Positions 9,635 to 19,609 of a stretch of DNA of 64,000 nt are shown here, one piece after another. Origin of the DNA: an uncultured Planctomycetota bacterium. Lineage in GTDB: Bacteria; Planctomycetota; Planctomycetia; Isosphaerales; Isosphaeraceae. The stretch lies in the NCBI GenBank assembly GCA_963823665.1, contig CAWGMQ010000004.1:2560001-2624000 (forward strand), read 5' to 3'. Each line of letters starts with the position of its first letter. Within the stretch, counting starts at the first letter, position 1. A program made the translations under genes and the position numbers. The notes below the pieces were generated by a model. The model saw only the letters and a list, made by a program, of their open reading frames with translations, did no database searches and was not told the DNA's origin.

Positions 9635-12262
9635 TCAGGGCAAGTCTTCGGGTTTGAGCGAGAGGTGCAGCTCGCTCGAGACCGGGTTGGCCACGACCGG
9701 GGTGCGCTCGAGGACGATCTTTTCCAGCCGGGCGGCGCGCTCCTCGAGCGTTTCGGCGAGGTTGTAGGTATCGGCGCGGGAGATCGTCCGCTTGACGCTG
9801 GACAAGCAGGCGAGGCGAATTGGCAGCTTGGAGAGTGCCGCTTCAATCTCGTCGATCGACGGGTCGTCGGGCAGATCCGTGATCGGATCGACCGAACGGG
9901 CACCGTCGGCCGCGGCGCGATCGGGCGTATCTCCGCCTGCGACCGTTTCAACGGTCGTTGCGAGCGGTTTCGGTCCCGCGGCCGGCGGGCGCTTTCGCTT
10001 CTCTCCCAGCACAGTTTTCAGGCACTGGATGATCAGCTTGTGGTAGGCCTCGGTGCCGGAATCGAGGTCGGCGGCGGCGGCGAGTGACTCCTTGAGCACG
10101 CCCCCCAGCTCGCGGCAAGTGAACGAGAGCCGCAAGACCTCGTTCTTGGTCAGAAGCACGCGCGGCAGCCAGCGCGGGCCGTGGTCGCCGGCGACGGTGG
10201 CCTGGGTGAACAGGAAGCTGAAGACGGTGTTGCCCATCCGCTTCTGCATTTCCTTGAGCACGTGCGGGGGGATGATTTCCTCGTAGCGATCGCGGCCGGC
10301 GCGGGTGTCGAAATCGAGCACGGGGGTGCCATCCTCGGTGCGGGTGTACAAGGAGGCGAACCCCGCGCGTTCCTTGGTGGCTCGTTCGCGGCGCTCTTCG
10401 ATGATCGTTTCGAGCTCGCCGGCGAGCTTGCGGGGGACCTCGCCGGCTGCGTCTCCGAACAAGTCCATGGTGGTCGAGATGCCGCGGGAGCCAGCGGAGA
10501 GGCCTGACATCTGCGAATCCCAGAGCGGGTCGGTGCGATCTCTAAAGCGTGCGAAAATCGTATTGAGCATGACGCGCGGAAACTGTCCACCGTCGTCCGT
10601 GCCCTCCAAGAGAGCCTTGACCGCCGCGGCGTCGAGCTCGGTGCATTTCTGCTGCGCGTAATCCGTGTCATTCTTGTAGTGCGGCCGAACGTCGGAGATC
10701 ACGATTCCGATCGTGGCCGCACCCGGGGTGTGGTAGGAATCACCGGTCTTGCGGAAGTACTTCTCGGTCATGTGCCGGATCGCCTCGTAGGCTTGCTCGG
10801 GTCCGTCACCGCCGCCGGAGCAGCGCGTGGCTGCTTCGGCCATGTAGGTGCGGAACCGGCTCAAGCCAAGCGAGGTCGAGATGTCGAAGAAACCGTCAGA
10901 ATCCTCGATCATCTTGTCGTGATCGGATCGGTCGCGGAACAGGATCACGCCGATCTTGAGTCGGATCTGATCGAGCTCGGACCGGGTGCGTTCGGATTCG
11001 GCGAGCTTGCCTGCGTATCGATCGACGGCATCAATGACGCGAGGGTAGATCGCATGCATGCTGCCGGTTGCGTCGATTGCGAAGACGAGCTCAATCGTTC
11101 TGGTTTGCAAGGTTGCCTTGAGGAGGCGGTCGCGATCGCGCCTGGCCTCTTCGTTGACCAAGTCCTCGACGACCACCGAGCCTCCGTCGTGCAGACGGGC
11201 GGGCACGGCGAGGTGGTAGGCCTCGAGCTTCTGGTCACCGACGACGATCGAGCGCGTGGCCAGGATGAGAAAGCCGATGGCGTTATCGGCGAGGGGAAGC
11301 GGCGCCTTGCCGTCCTTGAGTGTGGTTTCGCGGAAGATGGTGGCCACCGTTTTGCCTTCGGCATCGACCGGCTCGCCGCCAGCGGCGGCGGCAACTTGCG
11401 CAGACGAGCCGAACATCTCGATCGGTTTGCCGGCGGCCATGCGAGCGAGATAGGCTTCCCTGGCGTAGTTGGGGATGACGCTCATGCGAGTCGGCACGGG
11501 GGCGATCAACTCGATCGGCACGATGCCGGCGAGCTTGCGGCGGAAGTGGTCATTGCCCGGGTCGTACAGGACGAACTCGCTATCGTTCGAGAGCACGGCG
11601 AACGCGTTGTGGCCGCGAACGATGAATTTGACAATGTAATAAAAGCCGAATCGCGCGATCGGGTTGCCGTCGTCGGGCCCGGCGGCGGCGGCCTGCTTGT
11701 CGAACGACTCGAGTGGGACGGGCGTGTAGAAGGCAAAATAGCCGCGAGTGGGATCGGTGAGCGCCTTGAGAGGGATGTCGGCCTGGCGGTTTCCCTCCTT
11801 CACCGCGGGGAGCACTTTGTCAATCCAGGCGCGCTCGGGACTTCCCTTGGGCCAATGAGCATAGAAATACTTGCGACCGTGGTTGGCCGTCTCCGGCCGA
11901 GGGTTGTCTTGCACCCAGTCGGCCTCGACCCAGCCGAAGAGCTTGCGAAATTCGAGGGTCTTGTGGTCGAACTCGGCGACAAGAAGCCGATTCGGGACTT
12001 CGTTCCGGGCGAGGATCCACACCACCTTGCCGGCCTTGAGCGGAGGATCGGCACTGACAAGCCGGTCGGCGGCAGGACCGGCGTAAATCGGCAGGTTATC
12101 GGCGAGGATCAAGCCCAGCCAATACTTGCCCTTCACGTTGGGATGGGTCTTGACGGTGTAGGGAGGCTTCAGATCGCCGGGCGTCTCGATGTCCGAGTCG
12201 GCGACAGCGTGCGCCGAGCCGGCCAAGACAGCGATCGCGAGAGCGAAATTGCGAAGATTCAT
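9635..12262 (-). CDS. Secreted VWA-domain protein resembling the periplasmic C-terminal region of T6SS kinase PpkA
   Basis: Signal peptide; MIDAS-like IELVFAIDATGSM and GGGDGPEQ; C-terminal VLLTKNE...LSKLPIR...EDLP pattern. Confidence 0.7.
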   Translation of the reverse strand: MNLRNFALAIAVLAGSAHAVADSDIETPGDLKPPYTVKTHPNVKGKYWLGLILADNLPIYAGPAADRLVSADPPLKAGKVVWILARNEVPNRLLVAEFDHKTLEFRKLFGWVEADWVQDNPRPETANHGRKYFYAHWPKGSPERAWIDKVLPAVKEGNRQADIPLKALTDPTRGYFAFYTPVPLESFDKQAAAAGPDDGNPIARFGFYYIVKFIVRGHNAFAVLSNDSEFVLYDPGNDHFRRKLAGIVPIELIAPVPTRMSVIPNYAREAYLARMAAGKPIEMFGSSAQVAAAAGGEPVDAEGKTVATIFRETTLKDGKAPLPLADNAIGFLILATRSIVVGDQKLEAYHLAVPARLHDGGSVVVEDLVNEEARRDRDRLLKATLQTRTIELVFAIDATGSMHAIYPRVIDAVDRYAGKLAESERTRSELDQIRLKIGVILFRDRSDHDKMIEDSDGFFDISTSLGLSRFRTYMAEAATRCSGGGDGPEQAYEAIRHMTEKYFRKTGDSYHTPGAATIGIVISDVRPHYKNDTDYAQQKCTELDAAAVKALLEGTDDGGQFPRVMLNTIFARFRDRTDPLWDSQMSGLSAGSRGISTTMDLFGDAAGEVPRKLAGELETIIEERRERATKERAGFASLYTRTEDGTPVLDFDTRAGRDRYEEIIPPHVLKEMQKRMGNTVFSFLFTQATVAGDHGPRWLPRVLLTKNEVLRLSFTCRELGGVLKESLAAAADLDSGTEAYHKLIIQCLKTVLGEKRKRPPAAGPKPLATTVETVAGGDTPDRAAADGARSVDPITDLPDDPSIDEIEAALSKLPIRLACLSSVKRTISRADTYNLAETLEERAARLEKIVLERTPVVANPVSSELHLSLKPEDLP

Positions 12263-14395
12263 GGGAGCTCCTGTGCGTTAAGGGACCGGGAAACACGGGT
12301 TCGGGGAAGTACGCCAGCCGCCGAGAGCGGCTTCACGCCCGCGGACTGAAGCACCTGTTCGGCCTGGATGCGAGCGCCAGCGATGATGTCAACGTCGTCC
12401 GCGGTATCGAGACGGTGGGGTTTGACGTAGCGCCGAGCGAGCTCGGCGTCTTTGATGTAATGCGGCGGGCCCACGACAACCGTTCCCAGCTTAATCTCCG
12501 CCGGCAACTGCTTGAGCGTGACGTCGAGCCAATGTGAGTTGCGGGAGGGGTCGTCGGTGCGAGGGCCGTACGGAGTGACCACGATGACGACCAGGCGGTC
12601 GGCGAGGTCGCCGGCACCCGGCGTCCGGAAGATGTTGTGCAGTGTGGCCGCGAGACCGACCGGAGCGATGGCATCATCCTGCACACGTGCGAAGGGGATT
12701 TCGCCCTTCGCGTTGAGCAGCTCGGCGCGGCCGGTTGGAGGCCAATCGCCCGCGCCGGGGCTAACCCGAGTGAATGTGAGCAAATCGTAGTGCGTGCGCC
12801 GTGCGCCCTCGACGAGATTGCGAACGACGTCGGTCTGCGCCTGCCGGATTCGGTCTTCCGTCTCGGCGCTTTCGGCCGACACTCGCCCTGGATCGTTGAT
12901 GACGAGGATGAGTGGCGGCACGTCGTTCCCAAGCACATACGAGCGCGCCGTGGATTTTTTTGCATCCGGCTGGGTTTCCGCGGCCTGGGCATCGAGGCGC
13001 TCGGCGGCGGCCCGGGCGTCGAGGCGCGGAGAATCGACCGACGGAAAGAGGAGTGGGCGCCGGTGTGACGACCGGATCTCGAGGTCGCTTCCGGCCACCA
13101 TTTCCCAGGTAAATCCCTCGGGAAGGCGGAGCCGGTTCGTGTTCGGCTCGTAGGCGAGGATTACGGGCTCAGCGGAGCCGGGGGTCGTGAGCCTGAAAAT
13201 GCTGCCGGCGGGCAGCCCACCACGCGGAGGCACGAGGTCCCAGCCGACGACGGCAGGAGAGAGCTTGATGTTGCCGGACCAGAGCGCCTCGTTGTTGATA
13301 GGCCAGTCGATCGGGGCAAAAGCGGGGCCGAGCGAGATCCGCACCCTTTCGGGCGTGCGATCCCAGGCAACCGAGCCCGGCGCAGCGGAGAGCTTCGCAT
13401 TCTCAAACGAAGCCGTGGTGACTTGCACAAATGCACCCTTTTTACCTGCGTCGATAAGAACGGATGGATCGCGCGGCCATCTTTTCACGCCTTTCGGCAG
13501 CGTGAGGTCAACATGCAACGACGTTGCCGTGACCTTGGCGATGAGCTCGACGGGCTTCCCGGAGGCAACGTTGAGCGACTGACCACTCACGAGCGCCGGA
13601 CTTGCCTGGAAGAACCGCTCGAGGCTCTGGTCGAGCGCCGGCGTGAGCGAAAGACCGGCGGCGGGGTCTCGGGGGCTCTGCACGCGCGCTGGGCTCGAGG
13701 CTCTGGCCCAGGGCGGCAACCAGAATGGCGGCAAGGGAAATTGAGCGGCCCTTGGAGCTTGTGATGAGCTTGTGCGGGCCGGCCGTGGCGCTCACTTTCT
13801 GAACTTCCAGCGCACGTCCAAGCCCGGCGACTTCGGCCTTGACGTTGAGCATGATGGGCTCGAAACGGCCGCGTGGCAACTTGGGCACGATGCGCCGGTC
13901 AACGATCTCGAATGGCACCGCGTGGTATCCGGGAACGCGTAGCTGGTCTCCGGCGACCGAGGCGTACGGTGCCAGTGTGGGATCGACGCCGAGCTTCGCG
14001 AGGTCATCGGCAGACGGTAACTGGGGCGTGCGCTTCGGGAGCTGGATCAGGAGGCGAGCAGAAGCGTTCAGGTCGAGCACAAAGGTTTGAACGCCATCCG
14101 GCTGACGTATCGTGAAGGTGAGCCGGGGGTCTGCACCGGACAAATCCAACGCACGGACACGTACGAAGATCGCGCCGTTTGTTTTGTCGCAGAGGCAGTC
14201 GGACGGTTGAAGCTTCGTGGTGTAGGATCCCGACCACCACTTGGCGGTGTAGTCGGGCAGGTCGACTTGCGTTTCCTCGGTCGCGTTTTCGAGGCGGATC
14301 GTGATCCAGGGCCCGTTGGGCTCATCGGCCGCGGCGGCGAGCGGGGTCATGAGAAACAGGAGCGGGACCAGGATTCGGGAAGAATAGATGCGCAT
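12259..14395 (-). CDS. Secreted hypothetical protein (frameshift near 13740), possibly with a degenerate C-terminal VWA-like fold
   Basis: ORF 13508..14395 starts with a signal peptide and ORF 12259..13734 continues it. Both ends are coupled to neighbours (TGATG, ATGA). Confidence 0.55.
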
Positions 14396-16196
14396 CAGCG
14401 ATTCTCCAGGAAGAGGGCGAGGCGGAAAGACACATCAAGGGGACGGTCGAAGGGCGCGAGGGTGATTGGGCGTTCGTAAGTGCTCTTACGGCCGGAGAAT
14501 GCCGATCCGAGCGCCGATGCGAGGCGCGCATCGCGGTCGAACGGGCCAAACTCGAGGACGTTTCCGGCATCGGGCGGAGAGATCCGGTAGGGACCGGGTG
14601 CCGCGTGCGCGGGTAGAAGATGAGAAACGGGGGCCCCAGGCGCGCGAGTGCCGACCAGAAGATCGGCGAGGCGGCGGTCCCAGAGCATCCAGCGGGCGGG
14701 CCTGGCGATGCCATCATTGATCCAGGCTGCGTAGGCGACCGCCTCGACGTAGCTGATGCCGATGACGGGGAGGCAATGCGTCGACTTGCCCGGCAGGTCA
14801 TCGAGATCGACGGCGATGGGTATGCTGTCAAGGAGGGATGGCGGCGCCACGCCTACGTAGGACGCGAAGTGGGGCGGCGGGGCCGGGTCGTGCATGAAGG
14901 GGCCGTCGGCGACGATCGTGGCCCAACGTTCGGGGTCGCCGCCGGAGACGGGCACGGTTCCGCGCAACGGGTTAGCGTGATATCCCTGAAACGCACGCAC
15001 CTCGGCGGGAAGCGGACCGAACTCGCGCGCGGCCTGCGCGAGGAACGGACGGCCGCTCTTGAGGAACTGATTCATGTAAGGACCGATTTTCACGGGTGCC
15101 TGGTCGACGACCCAGCAACCGCCCGTGACGGGGATGATGGAGACGGCGGCCTGGTCGCGGATGCGGACGGCGGTTGCGAACGGGCCCTCGCCGCCGGTCG
15201 TCACGGGAACGACGTCGTCAACGTAGTGCCGGAGCGCTGCGGGCAGCCGGATCTCACCGATCCGGATCTCGGACTCGGCTTTGGGCCCGGGGATCGGGAC
15301 CTCGGGTTTGGGCGTTTCCAGCGCGTCACTTGCTACGGGCTGCGCCGGACGGGACCGCGCCCAGGCGATCGCGGCCGCTCCGGCCAGGAGGCTGCAACAG
15401 AGGCCTGCGGCCGCCACGATGACGAGGCGGCGGCTGAAGCGCGAGCCGCGTCTCCTGAGCTCATCGAGGATGAGCTCGGCGGAGGGACGAGCCTCCGGGT
15501 CGGGGTGGATCATTCTGGCGAGGAGCGAGTCGAAAGGCTCGAGCTGGGCGAAGAGCTCCGGCGGGATCGGAATGGGGCCATTCATGATCTGTCTGTCATA
15601 TGATAATTCGTCGACAAAAGTGCAGACCCGGCCGATGAAGCCGGGGCCGTGCGCCACGGCGAGGACCGAGACGCCGAGTGAGTAGATATCGATTGCGGTC
15701 GTGCGCAGGCCGTACAGGAGCTCAGCGCCTGAAAGGTGCGAGCTTCGCGGCGGGCCAGAGGGACGGCCTCACCGGGCCGCAGCCAGAAACCGTCGGTGAG
15801 GCGCGAGGGGGAGTGGCTGTCGGGCAGGAGCAAGGTGCTGGGGGTGATGTTGGCATGGATCATGTCGGCCTGGTGGGCGTAAGCCAGGGCGCGCGCGCCA
15901 GCCCGGCAGCGCAGCGATCACGACGCGAACGGGCACGCGTGGAATGTTTGCAGCGCAGCGGCCGCGAGAGTCGGCGTGAGCGATCTGGGTGAGGTCATTT
16001 TCGACGTGATAGATGGGCTCGATGTGATCACAGCCCTCGTGTAGCTTCATCTGGCGGAGAGCGCCGTGGCAGCGAACCGGCTCGGATGACTTGAAGTTCC
16101 GGCAGATACCGGTGAGGTTGTGCCGGCGCAGGCCCAGGGTTCAAATTCGGTTTCCGCAGTCGTCGCCACTGGAGGGGAGAAGTGCAACACGGACAT
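14395..16196 (-). CDS. Pseudokinase-TM-FGE/sulfatase-modifying-factor domain protein (frameshifted)
   Basis: Kinase remnants IHANITPSTLLL, RLTDG, DIYSLG, MIHPDPEARPSA; a TM; FGE-like LPVIGISYVEAVAYAAWIN, GNVLEF, SFRLA; AAGGAG RBS before ATG 16196. Confidence 0.65.
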
Positions 16197-16296
16197 TGCT
16201 TGCTCCTTTGCGGTCATGAAGAGAGCGTGCGCCGCGTGGCGCATGCGCGTGGAAGCGTGTGAATGTCATCCTGTACGTAAGGATGAGGGGCCGATT

Positions 16297-17478
16297 TCAC
16301 GCGAGGCCGAAGAGGCGGGCGCATTTGACGGGCTGCGTGCCGGGGCCGAGGATGGGGAGCTTGCCCGAGAACGAGCAGGAGTTTTCGGACATTTCGAGCC
16401 GCGGTCCGGTGTCGTCATACTGGGTCAAGAAGAGGGGTTTGACGCGAAAGCCGCGGGTGCGTGCCGGTGCGATCTCGGCGATCTCGGCGACGCGACGCCG
16501 GCCGTCGTGGTCGCGTGTGACCTGGACGATCATGTGGACGGCGGCGAGCTGGCGGCGCACGGCCGATTCGGGGATGGGCGGGTCCGCGGTGAGCGAGAGC
16601 GATTCGAGGCGAACGATGGCGGCGCGCGGGGACTCGGCGTGGATGGTGGTCATCACGCCGGCGTGCCCGGAGAGCATGGCCTGAGCGACGTCGAGGGCTT
16701 CGGAGCGGCGCACTTCGCCGACAATGATTCGATCGGGGCGCATGCGGAGGCTGGCCTGGAACAGGTCGCGGATGGAGATGGGGCTGGCACCCGCGCCTGC
16801 GGGCTGGGCCTCGAGCGCGACGACGTGCGGGTGGTTTTCCAGGAACAGCTCGGAGGTATCTTCGATCAAGATCACGCGCTGGGCCTTGGGAATGCAGCCG
16901 GCGAGCGCGTTGAGGACAGTGGATTTGCCGGCGCCGGTGGGACCGGAGACGACGATGTTGCGCCCCGCCAGGACGGCGATCTCGAGAAACTCGGCAGCGG
17001 CGTCGGTGATTGCACCAAGCCTCAACAGATCGTGAAGGCCGGCGGAGGCTCGCCGGTAAGGCCGGATATTCACGTGCGGTTCACTGGCGCATGGTGGTAT
17101 GATCACATGCACTCTAGAACGATCCTCGAGGCGCGCGTCGAGGATCGGCTGCTCGGGGCTGACGGTGCGCCCGACAGCCTCGGCGACGCAGTTGATCAGG
17201 GCATTGAGCTGCCAGAGGCCGCCCGGGAAGGTCCGGCCGGTGGGCTCGAGGATTCCACGGCGCTCGATCAGGACGTGGTCGGGCCCGTTGATCAAGATCT
17301 CGGAGACTTGCGGGTCGTTCACGAGGTCGAGGAGCGGGCCGAGCAGGCCTTCCTGGACACTTTGATGCACGGAATTGACCGTCACGGATCGGCTCCTATG
17401 GTTGAGGTCGCGCGCGGATCGGCCGTGCGGCGGGAATGGCGCGTGCGCATTCCCGGGCGCCGGCCCGATTGGAATCAA
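16297..17478 (-). CDS. cpaF: Second CpaF/TadA-family ATPase (true start probably near 17370-17385)
   Basis: SEILING, GPTGAGKST, LIEDTSEL, LRMRPDRIIVGEVR, GHAGVMTTIHAES. Confidence 0.85.
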   Translation of the reverse strand: MIPIGPAPGNAHAPFPPHGRSARDLNHRSRSVTVNSVHQSVQEGLLGPLLDLVNDPQVSEILINGPDHVLIERRGILEPTGRTFPGGLWQLNALINCVAEAVGRTVSPEQPILDARLEDRSRVHVIIPPCASEPHVNIRPYRRASAGLHDLLRLGAITDAAAEFLEIAVLAGRNIVVSGPTGAGKSTVLNALAGCIPKAQRVILIEDTSELFLENHPHVVALEAQPAGAGASPISIRDLFQASLRMRPDRIIVGEVRRSEALDVAQAMLSGHAGVMTTIHAESPRAAIVRLESLSLTADPPIPESAVRRQLAAVHMIVQVTRDHDGRRRVAEIAEIAPARTRGFRVKPLFLTQYDDTGPRLEMSENSCSFSGKLPILGPGTQPVKCARLFGLA

Positions 17479-17488
17479 CGGCCGCGAA

Positions 17489-18292
17489 TCAGTTGTTCTT
17501 GCTGTCGGCGAGGATGAGATTGGCGATCGCGCTGAGCTTCTTGCAGAGAGCCCGGCTGATGGCTTTTGCGTCGCTCGGCTCCAAGTTCAAGGCAGCAGCC
17601 GTGAGCCGGGTGTCGAAACGATGGAGGTACCACTGGGCGGCGAAACGCCGTTCGCCGATCGTCAGTGCATTTATGAGGACGTGAACCTCACACTTCAACG
17701 CGGCAAGTTTGGCGAAACACGCTTCGAGCCAGCGGGAGACGGTTGGTCGGCTGACGCAGAAATCGCGAGCGAGGTCGATGCCGCGTGCGCCATCGTACTG
17801 TGAACGGAGAAAGAGGGTGCGTTCCTTGCTGTCGAGACAGATGAGCAGCGTAGCCAAGCGCTCGCGGTCGTGCTCGAGCTCTTCGTCGTTGACGGCAAGG
17901 CGGCCGGGATCGAGATTCTCGGGGTCGCCAATCGCCTCCACCTCGACGCTCGCATCACACTCGATCCCGCGCTTTCGAAGGCGATCGTTGAGCACGTTCG
18001 TCAGGATGCGTTTCATCCAGGTGAGGACGGTGGCCCCATCTGGCCGCCAGAAATTGCCGCGCAGGCCGGCCTCGTAAACCCGCGCGACCGTCTCCTGCTG
18101 GAGATCTTCGGCATCGTCGAGCGCGTGGGAGATCCGGGCCGTTCCGGGGCGGGGCTTCAACCGCGCCAACTCAAACTCCGCGTGCTTGATCAAGTGCGGG
18201 CGGGTGAGGCGAACCAACTCGTCGATCGCGGGAATGTCACCCTGATAAAACCGCTTGAGCAGATTCGCGTGCCGCAGGTCGTCTTTCCTCAT
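17489..18292 (-). CDS. ECF-type sigma-70 factor with C-terminal extension
   Basis: GDIPAIDELV, DAEDLQQE, TWMKRILTNVLNDRLRK (region 2); DLARDFCVSRPTVSRWL (region 4 HTH). Confidence 0.75.
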   Translation of the reverse strand: MRKDDLRHANLLKRFYQGDIPAIDELVRLTRPHLIKHAEFELARLKPRPGTARISHALDDAEDLQQETVARVYEAGLRGNFWRPDGATVLTWMKRILTNVLNDRLRKRGIECDASVEVEAIGDPENLDPGRLAVNDEELEHDRERLATLLICLDSKERTLFLRSQYDGARGIDLARDFCVSRPTVSRWLEACFAKLAALKCEVHVLINALTIGERRFAAQWYLHRFDTRLTAAALNLEPSDAKAISRALCKKLSAIANLILADSKNN

Positions 18293-18350
18293 GGTTGCAT
18301 CGATCCTCGGTTGTCAGAACGATCCCTGGTGAGAACGCTGCGAGGGATTT

Positions 18351-18366
18351 AGCACGTTCGATGCCA
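18351..18366 (-). promoter_or_regulatory. sigma54 (-24/-12) promoter-like element upstream of the ECF sigma gene
   Basis: Minus strand TGGCATCGAACGTGCT = GG-N10-GC, about 60 bp before ATG 18292. Confidence 0.6.
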
Positions 18367-18458
18367 TGGTTCGGGAGACGGCTCGGCGACCCCTTAACCG
18401 GGCTGATCCGAGCGACTTATGGCGATTGGAGCTTTGTGCGCCACGTGTGGCGGTTGTC

Positions 18459-18490
18459 GGGATTGCCGGAATCATTCCGGATTTTCCGGG
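18459..18490. promoter_or_regulatory. Putative enhancer (UAS) for a sigma54 activator
   Basis: GGATTGCCGGAATCATTCCGGATTTTCCGG, 93-124 bp upstream of the -24 box; nearly the reverse complement of 24656-24696. Confidence 0.5.
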
Positions 18491-18738
18491 CCGATCGTCG
18501 GGCGTGGATTCCAAAACCGCGCCAGTCTGGGACACGGGCGGGAACAAGGCAGCGCACGCAGGCCGGTCGATCCCCGGCAAGCGGGCGAACAAGCGAAACG
18601 ACGCCGACGCCGGGAGCGCCGGCCGGCCTGGGCCGTTTGACCTTAAGTAAGCGCTCGGTAATTGCTAAAAGATGGCAATGTTAACCAAGGACCGGGGAGC
18701 TAATTATATTTAATTAATCATAATATTATCTTTATATA

Positions 18739-19593
18739 TTATGAGCGAGGCGGGGATGGCGCGTGGACCTTGGCGCCGGGCTCTGGGCGAGCGTGGTTGG
18801 CGGGCTTTCGCGCCTGCACCACGATGAAGCCGCGGCTTTTGTCGTAGTGGGCTTCCCGGTCGAAGTCGTGTGCCAGCATGGCCGACCAGAGCCGATCGGT
18901 CCGGACCCAGACAGGCCCGTACTTGTAGCGGGAGACGTCGAGGATGAGCAACCGATCGCGGTCGGCGCGGGCGTCTTCGTGGTAGGCCGCCACGGGGGAA
19001 ATATGGCCGGCGCCCTCCTGTCGAATGACCCGTCGCGCGAAGTTGACGATCAGGTAGCCGTCGTCGCTTGCGAGGGTTTTGCGAGCCGTGTCCTTGAACC
19101 GGTCGATCGAGCATTCTTCGGCGTATCCGAGCTGGACATCGATCGGGTAGGTCTTGAGTGCGCCTGCGAGCTGATCGAGGCGCATTCCCTGTTGCTTGAC
19201 GAGCTCGGGCGTCGCGACGCGGGAGACCTCGGCACTGAAAAAGTTGCGCTGGGTAAAGAGGGTGTAGGAGCGTGCGTCTTTTGCGAAATGCACCGGCCGC
19301 TCGATCGGCAGTGCGTTCAGGACCATGGTGCAGGTGGCCGGTCCGCAGTAGGTGAGCGTATCTTGAGTGGTGAAGTACTGGCAGAGGGGAATGAAGCTTG
19401 CCTGGTACTGGCTGTGTGCGAGGAGATCGCGGCCGGCGGGTGAGTTGAGCGCGATCAAGGATGGGTCGAGCACCAGCGAGCCGGGCGGATCGGCTGCGTG
19501 CGCCGTAGGTGAGATGCTGAGGCCGAGCGCGGCGAGCAGCCGGAGAATTGCCGGCAGGCTCGTCTGGAGGACGTGGGTGCTGGATGTGATCAT
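18739..19593 (-). CDS. Phytochelatin synthase-family (papain-like) protein with signal peptide
   Basis: QDTLTYCGPATCTMVLNAL (Gln/Cys), GHISPVAAY (His), ILDVSRYKY (Asp). Confidence 0.9.
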   Translation of the reverse strand: MITSSTHVLQTSLPAILRLLAALGLSISPTAHAADPPGSLVLDPSLIALNSPAGRDLLAHSQYQASFIPLCQYFTTQDTLTYCGPATCTMVLNALPIERPVHFAKDARSYTLFTQRNFFSAEVSRVATPELVKQQGMRLDQLAGALKTYPIDVQLGYAEECSIDRFKDTARKTLASDDGYLIVNFARRVIRQEGAGHISPVAAYHEDARADRDRLLILDVSRYKYGPVWVRTDRLWSAMLAHDFDREAHYDKSRGFIVVQARKPANHARPEPGAKVHAPSPPRS

Positions 19594-19609
19594 TGGTGCT
19601 CCTTGCGTG

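Noticed and set aside
18700..18745. dif (XerCD) site
   Set aside because: The CATAA and TTATG half-sites are separated by far more than 6 bp, and there is no XerD arm
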